DNA of 64,000 nt from Clostridia bacterium (GCA_017616695.1 JAFZXN010000054.1:35849-99848), one strand, 5' to 3'. Positions 16,155-23,874 are shown, counted from the first letter of the stretch. The notes: generated by a model not told the origin, from the letters alone. Program-made: numbers and translations.

Positions 16155-18170
16155 CTATTTAAGTAAGGACTTCGGGCAAAGGACGATCGAGGTCCTTGCG
16201 GGGAGATAGAGCCTGATGAAATCTCCTTTGATCCCGGGAACGAAAGCGCTGAAAGGTTCGTGATGGATGCGGCCGAATCCGCCGTATTTATGGTCGTCGC
16301 TTGTAAAAAGCACTGCGTGGTCTTCTCCGCGGCTGACGGGTATCATATAGCTTTCGTAGCTTTTGTTCGGCGAAAAATTGAATACGAATACGAGATGACC
16401 GCGCTCGAAAGCGAGCATTTTATCGTCTTCGTGCATCCATTTCAAGTCGGGATAGGTCTGATCGAAAACGCTATAACTTTTCAGCGTGGCGATCATATCC
16501 TTATCGAAAGCGTAAAGCTGTTCGTACTTTAAGTCGGGGTTTTTCAATAAGCTCCATTGGCGGCGGCAATAGTGAAAGCTGTTTCCGTTGCCGGGGCGTG
16601 GAAAATCTATCCATTCGGGGTGACCGAATTCGTTGCCCATAAAGTTGAGATAACCTTCTCCGCCTGCGGAAATGGTCAAAAGCCTTATCATTTTATGTAA
16701 AGCGACGGCTCTGTCGATGACTTCCGTATGGCAATTTTTTTCCATCTGGTCGTACATAGCGGCGTCGGCAAGGCGGAAAATAATAGTCTTGTCGCCTACC
16801 AAAGCCTGGTCGTGACTTTCAACGTACGCTATGGTCTTCGCGTTGCGGAAAGTCAGTTCACGCCACATATAACCGAGGTTCCAATCTTCGTCGCGGCAGT
16901 TTTTCACGAGCTTTATCCACATATCGGGCAGCCCCATGCCGAGGCGATAGTCAAAGCCTATCCCTCCGCTTTCGATAGGTTCGCACATACCCGGCATACC
17001 GCTCATATCTTCAGCAATAGTAAGACAATCGGGATCTACTTCCCTTACCAATTCGTTAGCAAGTTGCAGATACGTTATCGCCTGAACGTCCGTATTCATC
17101 GAAAAATACTTGTTAAGGTCGGAAAAGTCGGAGCCTAAACCGTGGTCGTGATAGAGCATCGACGTAACGCCGTCGAATCTGAAACCGTCGAAACGGTATT
17201 CTTCCAGCCAAAATTTCAGATTGCTCAACAAAAAGTGCAATACTTCGGGTTTGTCGTAATCGAAAAGCTTCGTGCCCCAGGCGGGGTGGTCGCCTTCCGC
17301 GCCCGAATGGAAAAACTGGTGGTCGGTGCCGTCGAACAGATTTATGCCTTCGAGAGTGTTGTTTACCGCGTGAGAATGAACTACGTCGAGCAAAACACGA
17401 ATGCCCATTCCGTGGGCTTTATCTATGAGATATTTAAGGTCGTTCGGGTAACCGAACCTTGATGACGCGGCGTAAAAACTGCTTACCTGATAGCCGAACG
17501 AACCGTAAAACGGATGCTCCATTATCGCCATCAGCTGCAAAGTGTTGTAACCCGAACTTTTAACGTGCGGCAGAACGTTATCGGCAAATTCGCGATAGCC
17601 GGCTATCTTGCCTTCTTCGGAAGACATACCGATATGAGCTTCGTATATAAGCGGCGCGCCGTCAAACTTATAATCGTTATTTTGCCAATCGTAAGGTTCG
17701 TCGTCCCAGACCTCGCAACACCAACTTTGCGTTACCCAATCCTGCGTAACGCGACGGGCGTATATGGGGATATGTTGCGTGATCTTATCGCCGTTTTTGA
17801 CGAAAGTTATCACTTTGCTGCCGAATTTTAAAATTTCACCGGACAAAAACAGCTCCCAATCACCGTTTGGAAGTCTGTTTAAAGGAGTTGCCGTACTGTT
17901 CCAACCGTTGAAATCGCCTGCAAGATATACGCCGTCCGCCGCGGGCGCCCATTCACGGTACACCCAGCCGCCAGTTACTTGATGAAACCCGTACCACTTG
18001 TGAGCGTTGGCAAAATCTTTCAGCAAGGCGTGACCTTTAACTAGCTGCTCGCGCTTAAAGTAAAATCTATCCATTCGCAAGTTGATATCGCTTTCAAACG
18101 GACGTAATTCCGGAAACTTATCCAAAATGGAATAATGATCGTTCTCTTTTTTACGTAATACTGCGTACAA
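16155..18170 (-). CDS. glgB: 1,4-alpha-glucan branching enzyme, eukaryote-like GH13 type
   Basis: 671 aa. GH13 regions DVVHSH, GFRFDGVTSM, IAEDMSGMPG and ESHDQALVGDK. TTG start in the track. Confidence 0.9.
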   Translation of the reverse strand: MYAVLRKKENDHYSILDKFPELRPFESDINLRMDRFYFKREQLVKGHALLKDFANAHKWYGFHQVTGGWVYREWAPAADGVYLAGDFNGWNSTATPLNRLPNGDWELFLSGEILKFGSKVITFVKNGDKITQHIPIYARRVTQDWVTQSWCCEVWDDEPYDWQNNDYKFDGAPLIYEAHIGMSSEEGKIAGYREFADNVLPHVKSSGYNTLQLMAIMEHPFYGSFGYQVSSFYAASSRFGYPNDLKYLIDKAHGMGIRVLLDVVHSHAVNNTLEGINLFDGTDHQFFHSGAEGDHPAWGTKLFDYDKPEVLHFLLSNLKFWLEEYRFDGFRFDGVTSMLYHDHGLGSDFSDLNKYFSMNTDVQAITYLQLANELVREVDPDCLTIAEDMSGMPGMCEPIESGGIGFDYRLGMGLPDMWIKLVKNCRDEDWNLGYMWRELTFRNAKTIAYVESHDQALVGDKTIIFRLADAAMYDQMEKNCHTEVIDRAVALHKMIRLLTISAGGEGYLNFMGNEFGHPEWIDFPRPGNGNSFHYCRRQWSLLKNPDLKYEQLYAFDKDMIATLKSYSVFDQTYPDLKWMHEDDKMLAFERGHLVFVFNFSPNKSYESYMIPVSRGEDHAVLFTSDDHKYGGFGRIHHEPFSAFVPGIKGDFIRLYLPARTSIVLCPKSLLK

Positions 18171-18280
18171 ATCGGTTTTTCCTTCGTGTATTTTTATTAA
18201 TTTTTTTATTAATTATATCATAAAAAAATTCGTTAATCAATAGTTATCCCTCTTTTTCTTATGAATAACCCCTATAATCA

Positions 18281-18508
18281 GCTCCATAAGGAGCGACTTC
18301 ATTCTTCATTAGCTCCGTCAGGAGCGTCTTCATTAGCGTAGCGTCTTCATTAGCCGTCGAATGGCGGCGACTTCATTCTTCATTAGCTCCGTCAGGAGCG
18401 CCTTCATTAGCGTAGCGTCTTCATTAGCCGTCAAATGGCGGCGACTTCTTTCTTCATTAGCTCCGTCAGGAGCGTCTTCATTAGCCGTCAAATGACGGCG
18501 ACTTCATT
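18281..18508. repeat. 74-bp higher-order tandem array of CTTCATT heptamers interleaved with hairpin modules
   Basis: 12 heptamers at 18297, 18304, 18328, 18345, 18371, 18378, 18402, 18419, 18445 (CTTCTTT), 18452, 18476, 18502. The spacing pattern 24-17-26-7 is repeated. Confidence 0.9.
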
Positions 18509-18546
18509 AAAAAATTCCTCTTTTAATGCTAAAAGAGGAATTTTTT
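18509..18546 (-). terminator. Rho-independent terminator of the Val-Gly-Cys-Leu tRNA operon
   Basis: Sense strand AATTCCTCTTTT-agcatt-AAAAGAGGAATT followed by TTTTTT, starting 1 nt after the CCA of tRNA-Leu(CAA). Confidence 0.75.
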
Positions 18547-18547
18547 A

Positions 18548-18634
18548 TGGTGCCGCTGGTCGGACTCGAACCGACACGGTATCGCTACCACAGGATTTTG
18601 AGTCCAGCGCGTCTGCCAATTTCACCACAGCGGC
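18548..18634 (-). tRNA. tRNA-Leu (anticodon CAA), CCA encoded
   Basis: The reverse complement folds as a class II tRNA: acceptor GCCGCTG/CAGCGGC, anticodon loop CTCAAAA, long variable arm, GGTTCGAGTCC T-loop. Confidence 0.9.
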
Positions 18635-18639
18635 AAATA

Positions 18640-18714
18640 TGGAGGTGCCACCCGGATTTGAACCGGGGAATACAGGTTTTGCAGACCTGGGCCTTACCGC
18701 TTGGCTATGTCACC
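18640..18714 (-). tRNA. tRNA-Cys (anticodon GCA), CCA encoded
   Basis: 75 nt. Anticodon stem CAGGT/ACCTG with loop CTGCAAA, T-arm CCCGG-TTCAAAT-CCGGG, discriminator U. My fold gives one A-G mismatch at acceptor pair 5-68. Confidence 0.85.
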
Positions 18715-18737
18715 GCCTGATTTTCAGGCAAAAAAAA

Positions 18738-18812
18738 TGGAGCGGGAACCGAGATTCGAACTCGCGACATTTGCCTTGGCAAGGCAACGCTCTACCACTG
18801 AGCCATTCCCGC
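18738..18812 (-). tRNA. tRNA-Gly (anticodon GCC), CCA encoded
   Basis: 75 nt. Acceptor GCGGGAA/TTCCCGC, anticodon stem TTGCC/GGCAA with loop TTGCCAA. Confidence 0.9.
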
Positions 18813-18829
18813 ATCCTATTCAAAAGTAT

Positions 18830-18905
18830 TGGTGGGAACAACAGGGCTCGAACCTGTGACCCCCTGCTTGTAAGGCAGATGCTCTCCCAACTGAGCTATG
18901 CTCCC
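18830..18905 (-). tRNA. tRNA-Val (anticodon UAC), CCA encoded
   Basis: 76 nt. GGGAGCATAGCTCAGTTGGGAGAGC 5' half, anticodon loop CTTACAA, T-arm ACAGG-TTCGAGC-CCTGT. Confidence 0.9.
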
Positions 18906-18932
18906 AAAACACTTTCGTTCAAGTGCCCATTT

Positions 18933-18961
18933 AATATACCAAATATTTATAAATATTGCAA
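18933..18961 (-). promoter_or_regulatory. Sigma-A promoter of the tRNA operon
   Basis: Sense strand TTGCAA-17 nt-TATATT, ending 27 nt before the first base of tRNA-Val. Confidence 0.55.
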
Positions 18962-19011
18962 CTGTTTTTACGTAGTTTTTAAAAAAAATTTTCAATATTT
19001 TAAAAAATTTT

Positions 19012-19857
19012 TCAATCGAAGAAATCGCATACGTATTCAAAACCGCTTTTCACGAATTTTTTGCCGTCGAGATAAAACAACTTATCGCCACTTGAAAAGT
19101 TCAACTTCAGCGCGGCGGACGATAATTGCATCATATTAAAGCCCAAACGCCTGTTTATCTTTTCCTCGCCGTACTTTCCGTCGCCCAAAACGAAATGCCC
19201 CAAATACGCTAAATGCGCGCGTATCTGATGAGTCCGCCCCGTGTGGAGTTTTATCGCAAGTTCCGAATTTCCGTCTTGAGTAGAGATCACGCGGTATTCG
19301 GTCACGATCTCAAGTGCATCTTCGCCCTTTTTATCGGCGGTGACCTTTACCAACGAATTTTGCGCGTCCTTTTTCAAATAAGCTCTTTCAACGCCCGCAT
19401 CGTTTTCAAAAGTTCCGAAAACGAGCGCCCGATATATCTTGTCGAAACGTCTTGATTTTAACCCCGAACGAATCGAATCGTAAGCGTCGACGTTAAGAGC
19501 AAACGCCATCAGCCCGTCGGTATTACGATCGAGCCTATGGCAAAAATACACTTCGCCGTAAACGCTTTTAAGCTTTTCATACAGCTCTTCGCTCGTAACG
19601 CCCTTGAATTTGTCGACGATAAGAACGTTGTCGTCTTTAAAAACTTCCGTAAAATAGCGCTTTTCCTCGCCGTCGAAATAAACGACCACCTCGTCGCCGC
19701 AATTTAAAGAAACGTCAGAAGATACGCGCTTGCCGTTGACTTTGATATCCTTTTTTCTCAAAAGCCGACAAAACGCGGTGTACGACAGACCGCCGTTATA
19801 ACTGTCGAGCAAAAAGCGCGACAGCTTAATGTTTTTCGTAACGGAAAAGGTTTTCAT
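19012..19857 (-). CDS. RluA-family pseudouridine synthase
   Basis: 281 aa. S4-like N-terminus, catalytic HRLDRNTDGL, and TGRTHQIRAH motif. Confidence 0.88.
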   Translation of the reverse strand: MKTFSVTKNIKLSRFLLDSYNGGLSYTAFCRLLRKKDIKVNGKRVSSDVSLNCGDEVVVYFDGEEKRYFTEVFKDDNVLIVDKFKGVTSEELYEKLKSVYGEVYFCHRLDRNTDGLMAFALNVDAYDSIRSGLKSRRFDKIYRALVFGTFENDAGVERAYLKKDAQNSLVKVTADKKGEDALEIVTEYRVISTQDGNSELAIKLHTGRTHQIRAHLAYLGHFVLGDGKYGEEKINRRLGFNMMQLSSAALKLNFSSGDKLFYLDGKKFVKSGFEYVCDFFD

Positions 19858-21644
19858 TTTATAAGATCGATGACGCTTTCAACGTCAAGACGGTTGTTTT
19901 TCATCTGCGCTCCGACCGACGCGTGTTCGACGAAACTGTCTTTTATGCCGACAACTTTGACGCTTGCTTTAACGCCTTTTGCCGCATAATACTCCGTGAC
20001 CGCGCTGCCGAATCCGCCGAACTCCGCGTTTTCTTCGAGAGTTACGATATTTTTATCGGCTATATTATCAAGGACTGCGGTATCGAGCGGTTTGACGGTC
20101 CTTGCGTTAATTACGGTAACGGGAATTTGTTCGGACGCTTTTTCAGCTACTTCGAGAACGCGCGGCCCGCACGCTAAAATCGCGGTATTTCCGCCCGTTT
20201 TTACGACTTCCCACAATTTATCGGCAGAAAATTTACTTACCGTTTCGAACTTCGTTATAGCGCCGTTGGGGTATCGTATCGCTACGGGCGCATTAAGTTC
20301 CAACGCATAATCGAGCATATCTTCAAGCTCGTTTCCGTCTTTCGGGCATAGAACCGTCATGTTCGGTATGTGTCTTAAATACGAAAGGTCGAAAACGCCC
20401 TGATGCGTAGCGCCGTCGTTACCGACGAGCCCGGCCCTGTCTATCATGAAGACGACAGGCAGATTCTGCAAACAGACGTCGATAACCGTCTGGTCGTAAG
20501 CGCGCTGCAAAAACGTCGAATACATACAAACGATAGGTTTAAGCCCGGAAATCGCCATACCGGCGGCCAAAGTTACGCAATATTCCTCGCTTATGCCGAC
20601 GTCGAAAACTTTATCGGGGCGAGATCTCATAAGGTCGGAAAGCCCCGTGCCGATAGCCATACCGGCAGTCAGAAACACCACGTCGTTGCGCTTTGAAATA
20701 AGCTTTTCGCCAAGCGGAGAAACGAGCGAAGAAAAGCCTTTTGCCACGCCGTTGCCGTTTGCCGAAACGCCGTGATAGATATCGGCGTTATTTTCCGCAG
20801 GCTCGTAGCCCTTGCCTTTTTTGGTCTTGAAGTGCAACATGGTCGCCCGCGGAGCCTGCTTAAAATCGTTGAACATATCGACCATAAGCTTTATATTATG
20901 CCCGTCGAAAGCTCCAACGTACTTTATCCCGACGGTATCGAATACGACGTACGGATCGAGCGAACGCTTGAAAGCCGCTTTAACGTTCTTTAAAAATCTT
21001 CCGATAAAGTTCCAGCCGAAGATCTTATCCATCACGTTCATGAACTTCGAATATCTGCGTTTTAAAGACATTTTCGTCAGAACCTTATACAGCCCGTTGC
21101 TGTTTTTGGAAATGGACATTCCGTTGTCGTTCAAAATGATCAGCAGTTTTTCGGGTTTTTTGTCGTTTGCGAAAATAGCCTCGAGATTTTCGCCGTTAAA
21201 AAGCGACGCGTCCCCTACGAAACTTATTACGAAATAATCGTCTTTTAATTTATCGCGAGAATAGCAATACCCGAGCGACGCCGCTATCGAAGTACCCGCG
21301 TGCCCTACGGTGAAAGCGTCGTATTTACTTTCGGTTATGCTCGGAAAGCCGGAAAGCCCCCCTTCCGTTCTTATGGTCTCAAACAGGTCGAGCCGCTCGG
21401 AAAGTATCTTATGCGCGTAAGACTGATGACCGACGTCGAAAATAAGCTTATCCTTGCTGAAATCGAACACGTAATAGAGCGCGACGATTATATCGACCGC
21501 GCCGAGACTCGAAGCAAGATGTCCGCCGTTACGTTCGGTCACCTTAATTATCTTCTCACGTATTTCCGCCGCAACTTCGTCAAGCATCCTGACGGGGAGC
21601 TTTTTAAGGTCGGCAGGTGTTTTTATGTTTTCAAGTAATCCCAT
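19854..21644 (-). CDS. dxs: 1-deoxy-D-xylulose-5-phosphate synthase
   Basis: 596 aa. GHLASSLG, DVGHQSYAHKIL, GDASLFNGENLEA (TPP) and GNDGATHQG motifs. Confidence 0.95.
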   Translation of the reverse strand: MGLLENIKTPADLKKLPVRMLDEVAAEIREKIIKVTERNGGHLASSLGAVDIIVALYYVFDFSKDKLIFDVGHQSYAHKILSERLDLFETIRTEGGLSGFPSITESKYDAFTVGHAGTSIAASLGYCYSRDKLKDDYFVISFVGDASLFNGENLEAIFANDKKPEKLLIILNDNGMSISKNSNGLYKVLTKMSLKRRYSKFMNVMDKIFGWNFIGRFLKNVKAAFKRSLDPYVVFDTVGIKYVGAFDGHNIKLMVDMFNDFKQAPRATMLHFKTKKGKGYEPAENNADIYHGVSANGNGVAKGFSSLVSPLGEKLISKRNDVVFLTAGMAIGTGLSDLMRSRPDKVFDVGISEEYCVTLAAGMAISGLKPIVCMYSTFLQRAYDQTVIDVCLQNLPVVFMIDRAGLVGNDGATHQGVFDLSYLRHIPNMTVLCPKDGNELEDMLDYALELNAPVAIRYPNGAITKFETVSKFSADKLWEVVKTGGNTAILACGPRVLEVAEKASEQIPVTVINARTVKPLDTAVLDNIADKNIVTLEENAEFGGFGSAVTEYYAAKGVKASVKVVGIKDSFVEHASVGAQMKNNRLDVESVIDLIK

Positions 21645-21682
21645 ATTATCATTCCGATATCCGTCGTTTATCGGCGTAGTAT

Positions 21683-21925
21683 TCAGTGTTTATGAAAGTG
21701 TTTATGATCGTGTCCGCAGTCGCAATCGTCGTGTCCGCAATCGCAGTCGTCATGCTCACACGAGTCTTGGCGTTCGCCCTCGAAGTTTACGCCGATAACG
21801 TAATCGTCGGGTAGATCGATACATTTCCCGCAATTATCGCATATTTTCGTCGGATCGAGTTCGCAGAACATACATTCCCCGCACCCGTCGCACGTTTTAT
21901 CGTACAATACGCATTCTTTTACCAT
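21683..21925 (-). CDS. Hypothetical 80-aa Cys/His-rich protein
   Basis: MVKECVLYDKTCDGCGECMFCELDPTKICDNCGKCIDL... followed by HDDCDCG HDDCDCG HDHKHFHKH. Contains 14 Cys and 8 His. No obvious SD before the ATG. Occupies the whole gap between lexA and dxs. Confidence 0.5.
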   Translation of the reverse strand: MVKECVLYDKTCDGCGECMFCELDPTKICDNCGKCIDLPDDYVIGVNFEGERQDSCEHDDCDCGHDDCDCGHDHKHFHKH

Positions 21926-21952
21926 AAAAATTTATAAAAATCAAAAAATAAT

Positions 21953-21966
21953 CGAACAAATGTTTG
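21953..21966. promoter_or_regulatory. LexA (SOS) box
   Basis: CGAACAAATGTTTG matches the Firmicute consensus CGAAC-N4-GTT(C/T)G. It overlaps the -35 of the lexA promoter and lies between the candidate divergent promoter and the Cys-rich ORF. Confidence 0.65.
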
Positions 21967-21992
21967 CAATATATATAAATATATGTTATAAT
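21964..21992 (+). promoter_or_regulatory. lexA promoter
   Basis: TTGCAA (21964-21969), 17 nt, TATAAT (21987-21992), 18 nt before the lexA ATG, with AAAGGTGATGAT SD region. Confidence 0.55.
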
Positions 21993-22000
21993 AGTTTCAA
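21972..22000 (-). promoter_or_regulatory. Candidate divergent promoter for the Cys/His-rich ORF
   Basis: Sense strand TTGAAA-17 nt-TATATA, face-to-face with and overlapping the lexA promoter. The LexA box would sit just downstream of its -10. Confidence 0.3.
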
Positions 22001-22010
22001 AGGTGATGAT

Positions 22011-22595
22011 ATGAGCAATAAAAATACAGTAAACGACGTTTTTAAATACCTTTCCGATTTTATCGACGAAAACGGTTATCCGCCCACAGTCAGAGAGATA
22101 TGCAAAGAATTCAACTTCAAATCGACTTCCACAGCGCAATATTACCTTAAAAAGCTTGAGGACGACAATCTTATTTCTTTCGGCGGGAAAAAACGCGCCA
22201 TTTCGATAAACGATAAAAAGCGTTTTCACTCTTTGCCCGTTGTCGGTACCGTCACCGCAGGTCAACCCATACTTGCCGTTGAAAATATCGAAAGCTATTG
22301 CCCTCTGCCCGACGAATTCAACTATTCCGACGATATGTTTATGTTGCGCGTCAAAGGAACGAGTATGATAAACGCGGGTATAATGAACGGCGACAAGATA
22401 ATCGTTCAGAAAACTTCTTCGTGTACCGACGGAGATATCGTTATCGCCTTGGTGGAAGATTCCGCCACCTGCAAGAGGATATTCCATCGCGACGGGAAGA
22501 TAATCCTTCACCCCGAAAACGACTATATGGAAGATATGGTCTTCGACGAAGTGTACTTAGTCGGAAAAGTCTGCGGGCTCATCCGTAAATTCTGA
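22011..22595 (+). CDS. lexA: LexA repressor
   Basis: The track ORF starts at 21960. I prefer the ATG at 22011 (MSNKNTVNDVFKYLSDFIDENGYPPTVREI). Winged-helix N-terminus, cleavage-site region VGTVTAGQP, and S24 peptidase motifs VKGTSM and ATCKR. Confidence 0.92.
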   Translation: MSNKNTVNDVFKYLSDFIDENGYPPTVREICKEFNFKSTSTAQYYLKKLEDDNLISFGGKKRAISINDKKRFHSLPVVGTVTAGQPILAVENIESYCPLPDEFNYSDDMFMLRVKGTSMINAGIMNGDKIIVQKTSSCTDGDIVIALVEDSATCKRIFHRDGKIILHPENDYMEDMVFDEVYLVGKVCGLIRKF

Positions 22596-22620
22596 TCCGT
22601 ATTTAAAACGTAAAAATCTT

Positions 22621-22650
22621 CAAAACCGCTTTTATTAAGCGGTTTTTTGT
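22621..22650. terminator. Bidirectional terminator between lexA and the PLP-enzyme gene
   Basis: AAAACCGCT-tttatta-AGCGGTTTT followed by TTG. Confidence 0.7.
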
Positions 22651-22656
22651 TTGCTT

Positions 22657-23874
22657 TTACAGATTTTTCAAAACCCTTTTCAAAGCGATTTTGCAGTGTT
22701 CGTAAGTAAGCCCGCCTTGTAAAAACGCCGTGTACGGCGGCTTTATCGGAGCGTCTGCGGAAAGCTCTATGGAAGAGCCTTGAACGAACGATCCCGACGC
22801 CATTACCACCTTGTTATCGTATCCCGGCATATCCCACGGAACGAGAGTCAGGTAGCTATCGACGGGTGACGCGCTTTGTATCGCTTGAATGAATTTCACG
22901 AGCTTATCTTCGTCGCCGAGTATTATCGAGCGCGTGGCGTCATTCGGCAGTTCGTATGCGGCAGGTTCGGTAATATATCCAAGCTCCGCCATGCAAGCGC
23001 CGAACAGCATATTGCCTTTTAATGCCTGACTGACAACGTGCGGAGCAATAAAAAGGCCTTGATAATAGTATTGGTAGCCGTAAGCGTAAGAGCCGACTTC
23101 CGCAGCTATCGACGGACAAGTAAGCCTTGCTTCCACCCTATCAATAAGCTCTTTATCACCCGCAACGTACCCGCCGGTAGGAGTTATTCCGCCGCCGGGG
23201 TTTTTTATAAGCGAGCCGGCGATAACGTTCGCGCCGACGTCGGTCGGCTCGTTAATATCGACGAACTCACCGTAGCAGTTATCGACCATGATAATGCCGT
23301 TATAGCCGTTTTTACGCAAATCCGCAAACAAATCGCGCATTTTTTCTATGGAAACGACCGCTCGGCTGTCGTACCCGCGCGAGCGCTGAACGTATATCAT
23401 GGCGTAATCGCTCAAATCAAAAGAACGTATTTTTTCGTGATCGAAATCTTTTCCTTTAAGACCGACATAGGTAAACTCCACGCCGCACGCTTTTAAAGAC
23501 GTATCCCCGCCGCTTATAACGCCGCGAAGGGTATCATAAGGAAGGCCCGTAACGGAAAGCACCCTGTCGCCGCGGCGCAAAAGCGCGTACAAAGCAAGCG
23601 ATATCGCGTGCGTGCCGGAAACGATGTGCGGCGTTATGACCGCGGCTTGCGCGTGAAACACAGACGCGTATACCTTTTTTAAAGTGTCGCGCCCGATATC
23701 GTCGTAGCCGTAGCCGGTGGTCCCGTTGAAATGTCTTAATGCGATACGATTTTCAACGAAAGCGTCCAGCACCTTTTCCTGATTGAAAAGGGCTGTTTTT
23801 TCTATCGTTTCAAAGCTGTTTTTAAGCTTTTTTTCGCACGAATCTATTAATCTTTCTATTTTAAGCTCATCCAT
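22657..23874 (-). CDS. Methionine gamma-lyase family (YnbB / aluminium-resistance-type) PLP-dependent protein
   Basis: 405 aa. N-terminus ...ALFNQEKVLDAF...HFNGTTGYGYDDIGRD typical of this family (from memory). Confidence 0.8.
   Translation of the reverse strand: MDELKIERLIDSCEKKLKNSFETIEKTALFNQEKVLDAFVENRIALRHFNGTTGYGYDDIGRDTLKKVYASVFHAQAAVITPHIVSGTHAISLALYALLRRGDRVLSVTGLPYDTLRGVISGGDTSLKACGVEFTYVGLKGKDFDHEKIRSFDLSDYAMIYVQRSRGYDSRAVVSIEKMRDLFADLRKNGYNGIIMVDNCYGEFVDINEPTDVGANVIAGSLIKNPGGGITPTGGYVAGDKELIDRVEARLTCPSIAAEVGSYAYGYQYYYQGLFIAPHVVSQALKGNMLFGACMAELGYITEPAAYELPNDATRSIILGDEDKLVKFIQAIQSASPVDSYLTLVPWDMPGYDNKVVMASGSFVQGSSIELSADAPIKPPYTAFLQGGLTYEHCKIALKRVLKNL

Noticed and set aside
18281-18508. 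CRISPR array reading of the regularly spaced repeats.
   Set aside because: The repeat is only 7-9 nt and the spacers are 0-19 nt. The spacers are themselves repeated with a 74-bp period. No cas genes or leader are present.
15143-18634. Prophage or integrative island inserted at tRNA-Leu.
   Set aside because: The segment contains no integrase, excisionase, transposase or phage gene. It holds only glgB and a four-helix-bundle gene. The long repeats are inverted rather than direct, so the classical attL/attR geometry is absent.
21897-22511. 204-aa minus-strand ORF.
   Set aside because: It is antisense to lexA, whose identity is unambiguous.
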